Source: Octopus vulgaris
Taxonomy: Eukaryota
Direction: 5' to 3'
DNA length: 64,000 nucleotides
Assembly (NCBI GenBank): GCA_951406725.2
Contig: OX597819.1
Location: forward strand, 35,960,001 to 36,024,000
This document shows, in pieces, positions 38,175 through 52,395 of this stretch. The position numbers and the translations under genes are program-made. The notes beneath the pieces were generated by a model. That model searched no databases, was not told the origin of the DNA, and was given only the letters and a program-made list of their open reading frames with translations. Position 1 is the first letter of the stretch. Every line of letters starts with the position of its first letter.

Positions 38175-38469
38175 TATGGCTTATTGCATAATTTTATATA
38201 ATCTTGAACTTTACTCCATGCCAAACTGTATGAAACAATGTACTAGTGATAAATTTGCTACTGAAACACATATAGTTATGCCATATTATCCATCTGTTTC
38301 CTGTTTATTCCTGTATATATATATATGCATATATATATACATGTGTGTGTGTCTATGTCTGTGTCATTGTGTATGTATGTGCATCTATGTCTGTGTCTGT
38401 CTGTGTGTGTGTATGTATGTATGCATGTATTATGTAGGTATTTATGTATGTATTTCTGTATGTATGTCA

Positions 38470-39995
38470 TTATTCAGCTTTATTCCAAGATTTCTTGCCA
38501 ATAGAGAAAGACCCAGTTTCTAACCTGGATCTAAGGCTACTTCCTTGAGATTTCAACATCAACAACAGGGTATTTTTGTTTTTATGTATGTATGTATATG
38601 TGTGGAGTTGTATGTTTTGTTTTATGTATGTATTCTCATGCATATAGTTGCATATCTAGACATGCTCATATATATTTAAATGAAAAACTTCTGAAAACTT
38701 TTACAGATTTTTACAGTTCTGGTGATGGATTGAATCTGTGGTCTTCGAATTAGCTTTCTCCTTTCTGGTTTTGAGAAGCCTAATTTCTCAAGATTGGTAT
38801 TTAGGCAGTGTGTTACATATCCCAGGACCCCAATAATTACAGTTATAAACCTGAATTTGTAGTTTGGATAAAGTAACTGTAGATTTCTCCATAGTTCAGC
38901 ATAGGTGTTCTCTTTTTCACTGATCTTCAGCTTTATGTTGACAGCTGCCGGGCAGCTAATTTCCACAACTGTACACAATTTCTCTTCTCTATCCCAAATC
39001 ATTATATCAGGTCTGTTGTGCTTACATTTTATTGAGATCTTCACTGGGACATTCCACCAGTACTCCTTTTTATTATGAAGGTTGTGGCTTCTACCATACT
39101 GGTTCTTATTTATTCATCCTCGAGTTTATTCTTCTGATGGATTTCATTATAAAGTGTCCTAGCGACAACGTCATGACTCATCGGTAGACAATATTGTGAT
39201 GACATTTTTGGACAACTGCTTATGATGTGGCTGATATCTTCAGTGTGAACTCCACAAAGTTTGCATCAGTTTTCGCCTTTTACTGCTTTTCCTGCATCTC
39301 TATCCCTTTTGTGCATCAGGTATTTGGTTAGTATTTCCTGTTCCTGGATTGAAAATGCATACCCTTCAAAGTGGGAGATAGTAATCTGGCTATTGGTCCA
39401 TGATAGAATGCTTTAATGATCAATGTTACTGTCATCTCGGGGCTTTCTACTAACATATCCATGCATAGTCTTCTGCTCATATAAGCTCATACTTTTATCT
39501 GATGATATATTGCGACAGAGTCGTGTGACTTCTTTGGGAATGTATTGTAAGTTATCAGACAAGGAATGTTGCTCAAGGAGCTGCCTTCCAAGTCTTATGA
39601 TGTTATCAGCCTCATGTATGTAAACTTGGTCAAGGGATGCACTTCAAGACTCAGTGGTTAATAGATGTTGCTGAGGGAATATGACATTCAAAGGCATTTT
39701 GGATCAATGTTAAGCTTCTGCTACTTTGTTCTTGCTCTAGGTAGAGGTGGTCTATGTCATAGTTTATGTGGAAATTGTGTTTGCTTGTTAGTATTTATCA
39801 GGTTTTCACATCAATGGCTTGGATCTCATCAAGCATCCAATCAAGCAGCCCAAATGTTGGTATGAGTACTGGCACTGCAAACACATTGTAGGCCACTGTT
39901 TTATTGAATGCAGAGAGTTCTGAGGTCCAAATTTTCTTTATTTGGCTGTAATATTCTTTAGTGACATGTATTTTGTTACAGGTGCCATTGTAAGA
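38470..39995 (-). mobile_element. R4/Dong-like (RLE) non-LTR retrotransposon 3' portion
   Basis: Zn knuckle CKLCGVHTEDISHIISSC; RLE HNRPDIMIWD..VVEISCP..KISEKENTY (ORF 38676-39044); 3'UTR shared with 880-1095. Confidence 0.9.
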
Positions 39996-40240
39996 TATTT
40001 ATGTATGTATATACATGTGTGTGTCTGTACATATGTGTGTGTGTACATATGCATTTATGTGTGTGTGTGTGTGTGTGTGTGTGTGACCAACTAGTGTTGT
40101 ATTTTTTACAACCTTGTAATTTAGCAGTTTAACAAGTACCAAACTTAACATAAGTACTGAGGTTGTGTTGTATCCTCCATCTCCAAATGTCATGGTACCA
40201 CCATGATATTATGACGGATGGTTTAGATACACTGTAACAG

Positions 40241-40980
40241 TGTAGTAACAGTAAACAAGATAATGATGCAGCTATAATAACAACGTAACGATCCAACAAT
40301 CTCTTCACAAACCAACAATCAATATTCCAAATGAACTAATCAACCAACACTTTCCAACTTCATTGCGAACTCAACTCAAAGTAGAACACAAATTTCACTC
40401 TGACCACTACTATTAATAATCACTTGGTCTGGTCTATTCCTTGCAAGGGGGAATTGTGACTCTCATCACATCCCCCCTTTTGAGATTTCCACTTCCATAA
40501 GAAGTGAAATTTCTTTTCTTTTTTCTTTTTCCAGCACCTCTCCCTCTTTTTATTTTTTTTTTTTTTGAAAATTCATTATCGTTTTTGTTTTGGCATTATT
40601 TCTAAGTGTATAATCTGTTTCTTTTTTCTACTGCAGCTTCTACAAAGCTCAATCTTTTCTAGTGCTGGCACTTCAAACATGTCATAGCAGACTTCCATTA
40701 GTATTTTCATTCGTTTTTCAGTATGCCTCATCTTTAATTGGTTTAGGTGTCTCTTATGTTCTCAATGTTGTCCTTTAATTACATACATCATGTTTCCTAA
40801 TCTTTTAGTTACAAAACCATCCTCCCAGCTTTCTTTACCATTTTTGTCAATTTTAAAGTGAACTTTATCTCCTGCTTTGAAATGTTTTGTTGCTTTTTCT
40901 GTATTTCCTATAAATATATTTTTTCCTGACAATAATTTATCAAAGATCGATTTGAAAGTGTGCGAAATATTAATGCCTTG
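40241..40980 (-). mobile_element. Gypsy-type LTR retrotransposon remnant: integrase C-terminus, PPT and 3' LTR
   Basis: FKAGDKVHF..WEDGFVTKRLGNMMYVIK..KRHLNQLK; PPT AAAAGGGGGGA abuts TG at 40470; ~230-bp TG...CA LTR at 40241-40470. Confidence 0.8.
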
Positions 40981-41120
40981 CAAATCTACCAGATAGATGG
41001 GAGAATATTGTAGAAAATGAAGGCGAGTATATTTTAGATTAAAAAAGAACTTTTTTTATCTTAATTTTGGAAAATAAAAGAAGTATAAAAAAACCACATT
41101 ATTCATGGAACGACCCAATA
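40975..41120 (+). mobile_element. mariner 3' end fragment
   Basis: LPDRWENIVENEGEYIL and terminus ..gacccaata; related to 63236-63450. Confidence 0.75.
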
Positions 41121-41169
41121 TATATATTTATAGAAATATATGTGTATTTGACAGGCTTCTTTCAGTTTC

Positions 41170-41405
41170 TTGTTTCTTTACTGCCCACAAGGAACCAAAT
41201 ATAGAGGAGACAAACAAGGACAGACAAAGGGATTAAGTCGATTACATCGACCCCAGTGTGTAAATGGTACTTTATCGACCCTGAAAGGATGAAAGGCAAA
41301 GTCGACCTCGGCAGAATTTGAACTCAGAACATAACTGCAGACGAAATGCCGCTAAGCATTTTGCCCAGCGCACTAATGTTTCTGCAAACTCGCCACCAGC
41401 TGCTT
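41170..41405 (-). mobile_element. SINE family D nested in a family A remnant
   Basis: Reverse match to 47064-47293; family A sequence ctttcagtttct appears on both sides. Confidence 0.85.
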
Positions 41406-41734
41406 TCAGTTTCTGTCTACCAAATCTATTCAGAAGACTTTGGTCAGCCTGAGGCTAATGCAGAAGACAATCGTTCAAAACAGACTGTGAGACTGAACCC
41501 AAAACCATGCGGTTTGGAAGTAAGCTTCTTACCACACATCCAATGTGCCATTAGTCCCAAGAAACTCTATAAATGTGATTTTCCTTTCAGATTTGTAGTA
41601 CCTGACTAAAAGGAGGAGTTCTGTGATATGAAAAATGAGTCAAATAGGAATGTGCAAAGCTTTATCAGCAATACAGCAATTTACAAAAGGAAGTGGAGTT
41701 GCCCTCCAAGCAAGAACATTATGTTCTATTCTTT

Positions 41735-42140
41735 TATCATTCTTTTTGTTGTTTCAGTCATTAGGGTGTGGCCATGCTGGAACACTGCCTTGAAGTATTT
41801 TAGTTGAATGAATCAACCCCAGTATTTTTTTTTGAATTTTTTAAGCCTGGTACTTATCCTGTCAGTCTCTTTTGCTGAACTGCTATGTTATGGGGACATA
41901 AACACACCAACACCGGTTGTCAAGCAGTGGTAGAGGGACAAACACAGACAGACACACACACACATACACATATATATGAGAAGCTTATTTTCAGTTTCTG
42001 TCTAGCAAATCCCCTCACAAGGCTTTGATTGGATTGAGGCTATAGTAGAAGACAATTGCCCAAGGTGCCATGCAGTGGAACTGAACTTGGAACTATGTGG
42101 CTGGAAAGCAAGCTTCTTACCACACAGCAACTCTTACACC
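41735..42140 (-). mobile_element. SINE family A, older subfamily
   Basis: Reverse match. Confidence 0.85.
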
Positions 42141-43712
42141 AATAATAACATGTTCTTTGAATAATCCAGTGTTTGGATTTACATGCTTTTTGATAAATTT
42201 TTGTGAATTCCAGTCCAGTAGTGGTAAGGAGTGCTCAATCCAAAACATTGATGGTTCAAATTCAAATGGTTCTGACCTTCTGGACAAATTTCAAAGCAGC
42301 AATTTCAAATTTACTATTAAAATAACGACCTTAAATAGATACCAACATGTAATAAAATTGCTTTAATTCATCACAAAACTGCTTTCTTTTTTTTTTTTTT
42401 TTCTACAAGATTGAAATTGTTCATATGCTGGAAAAATTATTAAAATCTTTTTTCTTTGAAGCTTTAGAAGTTAAAATTAGGACAAGCAATCTGTTACATA
42501 GACAATAATAACAAAATGCAAATATATTCCAGATATTACTATGTTAAATAAATATAGTTAATATGTAATACATTTAAAACCATTGATGAAACAAAATATC
42601 TAACTGAACAACATAGTTGAATAAACTGGTCATATATAGAATAAGAGAGATTAGAATAAATTTTCTTGAACTGAAATCTTATGCCTCATAAGAAAGGAAA
42701 ATATATTTTTCTTCCTTTTATTTCTATATTCCATACAATGGAAATTACAAACAATACTGTAAAAGTTGTTTTTCATTTTTAATCAAAGTTCTAATTTTTT
42801 TCAACACTTTTGCTCTCCATTTCTAAACCTATTTCTATTCCCATGGAGTATGGAATTCTGAAGAACTATTCCTAAACTCTGCCCTTTTTTTTTTTTTTTT
42901 TTTTACTAATGATGCATTTTAGAACAGATGAAAAAATATTATTGTCCTTTGTGAAGGTGGCAGGCTGGCAGATTCATTAGCGCATCAGACAAAATTCTTA
43001 GAAGTATTTTTTATAACATTACGTTTTGAGGTCAAATTCCATCAAGGTTGACTTTGCCTTTCATCCTTTTGGGTCAATAAAATAAGTACCAATTGAGCCC
43101 TGGGGTCAATGTAATCAGTGCCTATTGTAAAAAGGATTATTGTACTTTGTGCATAATGACAAAATGTGTATTTAAAAATGTATTTATACATTTTGGTGTA
43201 TAAAAATAAAGAATATATAATTTAAACAACAAAAAAAAAGAAAAGAAAAATATATTGATTACTGTGTTATTCAGTAAATGATATATAGTTATCAAGATGT
43301 TATATTTAAAATTTCAGATTGTTTGTACCAAAACAGGTCACAGATTGTACTTTTCAAGAGAAGGCTGACTTTTTGCATTATACTATTTGCCACAGATACA
43401 CACACACAGATACATACATATGCAAGCATGCACACACACAAACACACACACACAAATCAATATAGTAGAGTGAAAATGAATTTGGTTGTATTTCTCTAAA
43501 TATCATTGTATCACTGTATCAACCATGCTATCAGATGTAGTTATTCACCACTAGTCACAATGCACTCTCATACATTATTGTAGCTTTCAAATAATGCAGT
43601 TCCACTGGTTACGTATGTAGGCCAACATTTTCCTTGAACAGGATACCAGTCCATTACAGGGTCACCCATTAACAGCTGAGCAGACTGGAACAATGTGAAA
43701 TAAAGTGTTTTG

Positions 43713-44121
43713 GGATCTTTTCGATTTGAACGGCAGTTTTTAACATAATTACTAGGTAACTAAAACACTTTTAAACTTCGTATACTGGTAGAATGTGTTT
43801 ATAAAACATCTTTTTCTCTTGGCTTTATTGAGAAAATTCTATAGTTTGTAAGATATTTGTTGTTTTTTTTCTTCAATTTCAACCAATCGCTGACGTCTAT
43901 TGAGGTAAAAAAACATTCTGTGCCATATGAATATGTCCCTCGTTTAAGAAACAGATTGGGTTTATTTACATTTCTGAAGAAAAAAGATACACTTCCCCCC
44001 ACCCCTAACCTTAACCCTAAAACAGATTGAAATGCAATAGATCGATACTAGGGTCATAATTATGGGTGATAATTTCATATGACACCACTAGAAAAAACTG
44101 CCGTTCAAGCCGAAAAGATCC
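43713..44121. mobile_element. Non-autonomous DNA transposon (Merlin-like) inserted in a B2 SINE
   Basis: ~29-bp TIR GGATCTTTTCG(AT/GC)TTGAACGGCAGTTTTT; 8-bp TSD gtgttttg/atgttttg; removal restores SINE sequence aagtgttttgctcaagaac. Confidence 0.85.
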
Positions 44122-44559
44122 ATGTTTTGCTCAAGAACACAATGTACTGCTGGTCTGGGGATTGAAGCTATGATCTTGCTACTGTGAATGCAATACCCAA
44201 ATCTCTAGGCCACACATCTTCACATTTTTCGAAATGTAGGTAGAGAAAAGTGATGAAAGTCACTTAAGAAAGTAAAATAAAGAGGTGAGGGGTGCAAAAA
44301 TAAGTTTGTAATGTTTCAGTTTTGACATTAAATAAGCACTGACTATAAACTCTAGAAAAAGTAATGTTTGGTGAAATAATTATAGTGGTTTTCGTAATTT
44401 TGGCATAGAATCTAATTTTTACTTTGTTTTTGACTCTCCCTAGACACAACAAAATCTATTTTATATGTGTAGTTTTGATGATTAATCAATGAAGAAGTTG
44501 ATCCATCAATCCATCTGTCCATCCATCCTAAACCTATCCAACTACCTACCTACTTACCT

Positions 44560-44633
<74 letters not shown>

Positions 44634-44651
44634 ATGTGTGTGTGTGTGTGT

Positions 44652-44974
44652 GAAGGCATGTGACTTAGTGGTTAGGTTAGTTGGCTCACAAACATAAGAT
44701 TGTAAGTTCAATTCCAAGCAGTGCATTGTGTCCTTGAGCAAGACACTTTATTTCATGTTGCTCCAGTCCACTCAGCTGGAAAAAAATGAGTAGTATCTGT
44801 ATTTCACAGGGCCAGCCTTGTCCCATTATGTGTCATGCTGAATCTTCCTGAGAACTACATTAAGGGTATTCATGTTTGTGGAGTGCTCAGCTACTTGCAC
44901 ATAATTTCACAACCAGGCAGTTCCATTGATTGGATCAATTGATCAACTGGAACCCTCGTAAGCAGTGGAATGCC

Positions 44975-44975
<1 letters not shown>
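44652..44975 (+). mobile_element. CORE-like SINE, head B2 with the tail of the 6241 type
   Basis: Head as 21408, tail as 6440-6630. Confidence 0.8.
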
Positions 44976-45051
<76 letters not shown>

Positions 45052-45052
<1 letters not shown>

Positions 45053-45265
45053 CACCTTGACCAACCAGTCCGTCAGGTGTCCATTTGACACCGCTGGTCA
45101 CAGCATGCTGTCCACTCCTCTCTGGATCACGCCTTTCTCATCCACGTGATCCCAATCGTCCTCCTAAAATCGTAACTCCACCGTCGTGGAGGTCTTCCGG
45201 GTGGTCTTTTCCACTCGCGTGGGTACCACTCGACAACTGCATGGGTCCACCAATTATCGGTGAGC
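45052..45265 (-). mobile_element. RTE LINE 3' fragment
   Basis: WTHAVVEWYPREWKRPPGRPPRRW..ITWMRKA. Confidence 0.8.
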
Positions 45266-45307
<42 letters not shown>

Positions 45308-45416
45308 AGATTGCTCTATCTTCACCGGTGATTGCCACCTCCTTGTGCCTCTTTATTGCCAATGGAATTTCTGACTTTCTGTCCATCATCTCTCAGATTA
45401 CAGATTACAGTTCGTC

Positions 45417-45454
<38 letters not shown>

Positions 45455-46029
45455 ATCCATAACTTAGTGGTTTGGTAAAAGAGACCAATACAATAAGCAC
45501 CTGGCTTAAAAAAAAAAATTTAGTACTGAGATTGACTCATTCAAATAAACGTTCACCAAGGTTGTGCCCCAGCTTGGTCACAATCTAATGACTTAAAGAA
45601 GTAAAAGATAAAGATAATCCTGTTGCAGATCTGGGTGGTTTGAAGCATAGATATCCAACAAAAGTTGAAACTTCCACCGGGATTGACTGGCTCATTCCAT
45701 TGGAACAAGGAGTCCCCCACCACCACCACCACCACCCGCCGAATCAAAATTTCTTCAAACATTTTTAACCTGAAGTTGAACCTTCTCACTATTTAGGTCA
45801 GCACACACTTCCCCCACTCTTCCATTGCCATAGGGCTTTCAGTCAATGGAATGGCAAATGAGGTCACCATAAAGAGACATCTGTATGAGATAGAATCATA
45901 ATGATAAACACTTGTACAATATGATTATGAATGCAATAATAATTCTCTAAAAGGGATATAGACAGTAACTGCTCGATAACATAAGGGACTAATGTTTAGC
46001 CTCTAACCAAGTGCTCATCATGGAGAATA

Positions 46030-46455
46030 TGTATCTTTTATCTTTTATCTTTTATTTCGATCAGTCATTTGACTGTGGCCATGCTGGGGCACCACCTTGA
46101 AAAGTTTTAGTTGAACAGATCGACTCCAGGAATTTTTTTTCTTTTTTCAAGCCTAGTGCTTATTCTATCATACCTTTTGCTGAACCGCTAGGTTACAGGG
46201 ATGTAAACACACCAACACCAGTTGTCAAGCAGTGATGGGGGACAAACACAGACACAAAGACACACACGCACACACACACACACACATATATATATGATGG
46301 GCTTCTTTCAGTTTCTGTCTATCAGATCCATTCACAAGTCATTGGTCAGTCTGGGGCTATAGTAGAAGACACTTGCCCAAGGTGCCATGCAATAGAACTA
46401 AACCCAGAACCATGTGATTAGGAAGCAAGCTTCTTGTCACATAGCCATGCCTGCT
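46030..46455 (-). mobile_element. SINE family A, older subfamily
   Basis: Reverse match. Confidence 0.85.
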
Positions 46456-46563
46456 CATATGTATATATATAAAGTTAATCCAAACAAGAAAGCACAAAAA
46501 AACACAACAACGCGAGGACGTGGAACAAATATAGTATTATTGGACGCTCAGGAAAGAAGGAGG

Positions 46564-46598
46564 GTTTAACGTTTCGAGTGGAGCTCTTCGTCAGAAAC
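46564..46598 (-). ncRNA. Minimal type I hammerhead ribozyme in Penelope-like fragment (46473-46676)
   Basis: GUUU-CUGACGA-A-GAG(CUCCA)CUC-GAAA-CGUU-AAAC; flanked by (TA)n; partial copy at 19966-20078. Confidence 0.75.
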
Positions 46599-46672
46599 AT
46601 AGGAGAAGGAAAGATCCAGAGAAGGGAAGACAGAGGAAAAAAAGTCGCCAACAGTACACACGCAGTCACATT

Positions 46673-46717
<45 letters not shown>

Positions 46718-47063
46718 ATATGTATATAATATATGTATATATAAGGTGCATGTGTGACTGCATGGAGGCAGAGGCATGGCTGTGTGGAGGTGCAGGTGTG
46801 GCTGTGGGCAGGTGCAGGTGTGGCCGTGTGGTAAGTAGTTTGTTTACCAACCATATGGTTCTGGGTTCTGTCCCACTGCATAGCACCTTGGGCAAGTGTC
46901 TTCTACTATAGCCTCAGGCTGACCAAAGCTTTGCGAGTGGAATTGGTTGATGGAAACTGAAAGAAGCCTATTGTATATATGTGTGTGTGTGTGTGTGTAT
47001 AGACACATACATATATACACATATATGCATACATGCGTGCACACACACACATATATACATACA

Positions 47064-47293
47064 CGGCGGCGAGCTGGCATAAACGTTAGCGCGCCGGGCG
47101 AAATGCTTAGCGGTATTTCATCTGTCGTTACGTTCTGAGTTCAAATTCTGCCATGGTCGACTTTGCCTTTCATCCTTTCAGGGTCGATAAATAAAGTACC
47201 AGTTTCGCACTGGGGTCGATGTAATCGACTTAATCCCTTTGTCTGTCCTTATTTGTCCCCTCTATGTTTAGCCCCTTGTGGGCAGTAAAGAAA
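47064..47293 (+). mobile_element. SINE family D, well preserved
   Basis: tRNA-like head, GAGTTCAAAT B-box, central gtcgactttgcctttcatcctttc..gtcgataaataaagtacc resembling the Meta/Sauria-SINE central domain. Confidence 0.85.
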
Positions 47294-47811
47294 TATATAT
47301 ACATACACGGATACATTTGATTTTTGCACAATTTCTATCCAGCAGATTCAATTCACAATACATTAGTCAATAAAATATGGGACACCTTAGTAGAAGGCCC
47401 TTGACCAAAGTGTTGCGCAGTGAGACTGAACCTGAAACCACACAGCCATATCTATGTCATTGTAATGAATAATCAAAGAACTGCAGTGAAATATAGCGAA
47501 ATGTCTGTTTCTTCGTTGCAGTTGCTCTTGCAAAAAAAAAAACCATCTATTTGAACAGGAAACCAGATATAACATTAAATAAGAGATGTAATGTAATTAA
47601 ATATGAAAACACTGTGTGATGATATGTACCATTTGGTCTGAAGCCAAAGTTGCTGGAAAGTCTGGTGTACTGGTTCTCTGCAGGTTCCCTCCAGATGTCT
47701 GATCATAGACTCAATGAGTGATGGGAGTACTTGACTTGAGATGCTCAACACCAGCAACGAATCTCATTGATGCTGTTGCTGTAGCTGTTGCTGCTGTTCT
47801 TGCTGCTAGAA

Positions 47812-48324
<513 letters not shown>

Positions 48325-48679
48325 TAACAAGAGAAGTGGGTGGGGGAGTTGTTATAATTGTGTTAATATATTCATGATGATATATTGATTCCTAACATGG
48401 CTACAGGATCTGAAATTTGGAGGAAGGTATAGCAATTATATCAATCCCAGTATTTGACTGGTGCTTTACTTTATTGAACCCCCACCAGATGAACTAATGG
48501 CAAAGTTGACCTTGATGGGATGTGGACCCAGAACAGAAAGGGCCACAAGTAAATACTACAAGATATTTAGCTAAATGCTCTAACATTTCTGCCAACCCTT
48601 CACACATGCAATGATAATATATTAAGAACAAAAATGCACTCTTATATACACAAATATAATCTTTTGCATTATTATCTTC

Positions 48680-49070
48680 ATCTTCAACAATAATAACATC
48701 AGTAATACCAACAACAACACTAACACCACCACCAATAACAACAACAATAACAACAACAACAAAAACAACAACAACAACAACAGCAACAACAATAAGATCA
48801 CCAGCAACAAGATCACTTCCACCAACAGCAACACTGACAGAACCACAACTACCACCAGCACCACCGCCACCATCACCACCACCACTACTACCATCAGCAC
48901 CACCACCAACACCACCACCACCAACAACAACAACACTGACAGAACCACCACTACTACCACCACCTCTACCAACAATATTACCACCAACAACAACAACACC
49001 AACAGTAGCAACAACAACAATAATAGCAACGACAACAACAACAATAATGCTAACAATACTAACAACATCA
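48680..49070. repeat. (CAA)/(CAC) low-complexity tract
   Basis: Direct reading. Confidence 0.9.
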
Positions 49071-49611
49071 TTTTCTCATCTATTCTCCATGTTAGGCTAC
49101 AACAGTTGATTTTTCCAGACAATTCATTCCTGTTTTATCAGCAGAAAATATGTCAAACAATGCTGCTTTATTAGTTTATAAAACATATCATTTACTTAGA
49201 TTATACATTGAAAATAAAAAACAGGTTATTTTGTAATTAACTCATTAAAAACAAATACAAAATGAAGTTACAGTTTTATACTTTAGTTTTTTCATCTAAC
49301 TATATGCTTACATATTCAAAGTCTTTTTTTTATTATCATCTGAAGATGTTGTTTTGAATTAATTTTGCAATTATGAAAACGTCTGTCATACTGATATGTT
49401 TAAAAAGACTTACATTCATTTTTACATGTTTTTCTTCGTAAAGATTATTATTAAAGTAAACATGCCATATTCTTTAATTTGTATTCTTCAGTGAGATGTT
49501 GCATAGTGGCATTTAATAGCAGCCTAGCTAAAGCAGTTCTAAAATGTTATACTGGTCAACACAGAGGCTGGATATATTGTTGAATCAGTTGTGATTCTCC
49601 ATCTTAGTTTT

Positions 49612-49867
49612 AGTGCCGCCTGACCAGCGTCCGTGTCGGTGACACATAAAAGCACTAACCGATCGTGGCCGTTTGCCAGCCTGCTCTGGCCCCTGTGCCG
49701 GTGGCATGTAAAAAACACCCACTACACTCACGGAGTGGTTGGCGTTAGGAAGGGCATCCAGCTGTTGAAACACTGCCAAATCAGACTAGAGCCTGGTGCA
49801 GCCTCCATGGCTTCCCAGACCCTGGTCGAACCGGCCAACCCATGCTAGCATGGAAAACGGACGTTAA

Positions 49868-49895
<28 letters not shown>
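49612..49895 (+). mobile_element. Family C RTE-tailed SINE
   Basis: RTE-type 3' motif and (GAT)n tail. Confidence 0.85.
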
Positions 49896-49898
<3 letters not shown>

Positions 49899-50289
49899 CA
49901 TCAGTGATAAACTATAGCCAGGATAACTATCAGCAGAAGATATTATCTAGTAGATTGACCAACCTGTTTGTGTAATTTCATGTGAAGGAAACTTTAAAGT
50001 GGCCATCGTTTGTACACACGAGAAGGAAGTATTTGTGTTGCAGCCAGTGTGTTCTCCTGGGATAGCGAGTTGGTAGACTTGTTAATATGCTGGACAAGAT
50101 GCCTTACAGCATTTCTTCCAGTTTTACATTTTGAGTCCAAATTCTGCTGAGGTCAACTTTGTCTTTTATCCTTTTGGGATTGATAAAATAAGTATCAGTT
50201 TAGTACTGGGGGTAGATGTAATTGACTACCCTCCCCATAAAATTTCAGGCTTTCTGTTGATATAGTAGAAAGAATTTACCTGAATACCT

Positions 50290-50695
50290 ACTATTTCACA
50301 CAAATAGCAACAATTCCACACAAATAGCAACTATTTCATACAAATGGCAACTATTCTTACGTATAGCAACTATTTCACACAAAAGCAGTCACTTTGTACA
50401 AATAGCAACTATTTTCACAGTAAATATCTTGCACAAATAGATCTTTCACACAAATAGCAACTGTTTCATTCAAATAGCAACTATTACACACAAATAGCAA
50501 CCGCTTCATGCATATAGCAACTATTTCACACATGTAGCAACTATTTCACACAAATAGCAATTATTTCATACAAACAGCAGCAATTCATACAAATAGCAAA
50601 TATTTTAGAGAAATAGCAACTATTCACGCAAATAGTGACTATTTGACACATATAATAAACTGTTCATACAAATACCAATTATTTCAGACAATTAC
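50290..50695. repeat. ~20-bp minisatellite, about 20 degenerate units (CTATTTCACACAAATAGCAA)
   Basis: Direct reading. Confidence 0.9.
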
Positions 50696-51093
50696 CAATT
50701 GCAATGAAAACATGTCTGTGAAGTATTATTTACTTTGCAAATGATCACTTTATGTCTTGTACAACATGGAAGCTGTTGCAGTGAAGGTAACATGGAAAGA
50801 TTAATGATTTTCACTTGCAGAAGGATACTTAGTGTCACATACGGGGGATCATGTAATAATTAACGATGGAACACAAGAGGTAGGTGGTTGGAAACATTTA
50901 TTACATGATGAATTATCATTATTCTTAATCTGCATGGATTATAGTTTGCTCAGAGTGAAAAGAAAAGAATAGAATTCAAAGAAGACTTAATGCACACTCA
51001 TCAGAATTGACTTGTCTTTGACGGATATTGACAATTATGAATCAATTAAGTAGGAACTGTAGGCAACTGGGGTTTGGTATGAGTTATTCCACC

Positions 51094-51095
<2 letters not shown>

Positions 51096-51137
<42 letters not shown>

Positions 51138-51490
51138 TATTTAACGTCCGTTTTCCATGCTAGCATGGGTTGGACGGTTTTGACTGAGGGCTGGCAGCCA
51201 GATGGCTGCACCAGGCTCCAGTCTTGATCTGGCAGAGTTTCTTCAGCTGGATGCCCTTCCTAACGCCAACTACTCCGTGAGTGTAGTGGGTGCTTTTTAC
51301 ATGCCACCTGCACGGGGGCCAGTCAGGCGGTACTGGCAATGACCTTGCTCGAATCTTTTTTACACGTGCCACCGACACAGGTGCCAGTGAAGAGACGTTG
51401 GTAATGATCACGCTCGAATGGTACCCTTTTACATGCCACGGGTACAGAAGCCAGTTGGCTGCTCTGGCAACGATCACAACGATCACGCTT
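51096..51490 (-). mobile_element. Family C RTE-tailed SINE
   Basis: Closely matches 20653-21015. Confidence 0.88.
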
Positions 51491-51967
51491 GCTAGTGTAG
51501 CTATGTGATTAAGAAGCTTGCTTCCCAACTGTGTGGCCTTGTGTTCTGTTCCACAATGTGGCACCATAGGAAAGTATCTTTTATCATATAGGCTTGAGCT
51601 GAACAAAACTTTGTGAGTGGATTTAGTAGGTGGAAACTGAAAGAAGCCTATTGTGTGTATAAATATGAGATTCCTACAGAAGTCCTGGGACCCACAAACT
51701 GGCCAGGTCGATTATGGATAGCAGTCTAAGGGGGATAATCCCTTGTGCTTAACCCTTCTTTGTGCGTTCAACAATTAGCCACGAGGTCTTTTCTCTCTCC
51801 ACTTTGAAGAAAGGTTATAAGCCACTGGCCATAAGTGTCTGAAGAAATGCTGTAAAGCTATGTGCTTTAATCCCATACACCAGCCATAACTACCTTTATC
51901 TAATTACTCTACTGCTCTATAACTTAGATTGTGCTTCTCTTTTGGATTCATGATTTACTGACAATAT

Positions 51968-52395
51968 ACTCTTTTATTTTGTTATTCTTTTACTTGTTTC
52001 AGTCATTTGACTGCGGCCATGCTGGAACACTGCCTCAAAGAGTTTTAGTCAAAGAAATCAACCCTAGAACTTATTCGTTGTAAGCCTAGTACTTATTCTA
52101 TTGGTCTCTTTTGCCAAACCACTAAGTTACAGAGACGTAAACACACCAGCATCAGTTGTCAAGCGATGGTGGAAGGACAAACACAGACACATGCATATAA
52201 ATATATGCATACACATTTACGTACAATTACATATATATGACAGACTTCTTTCAGTTTCCATTTACCAAATCCACCCACAAGGCTTTGGTTGGCCCAAGGC
52301 TATAATAGAAGACACTTGCCCAAGGTGCCACACAGTGGGACTGAACTTGGAACCATGTGGCTGGGAAGCAAGCTCCTTACAACACAACCACACCT
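51968..52395 (-). mobile_element. SINE family A
   Basis: Reverse match. Confidence 0.85.

Noticed and set aside
50290-50695. CRISPR-like array
   Set aside because: No unique spacers, eukaryotic context, no cas genes
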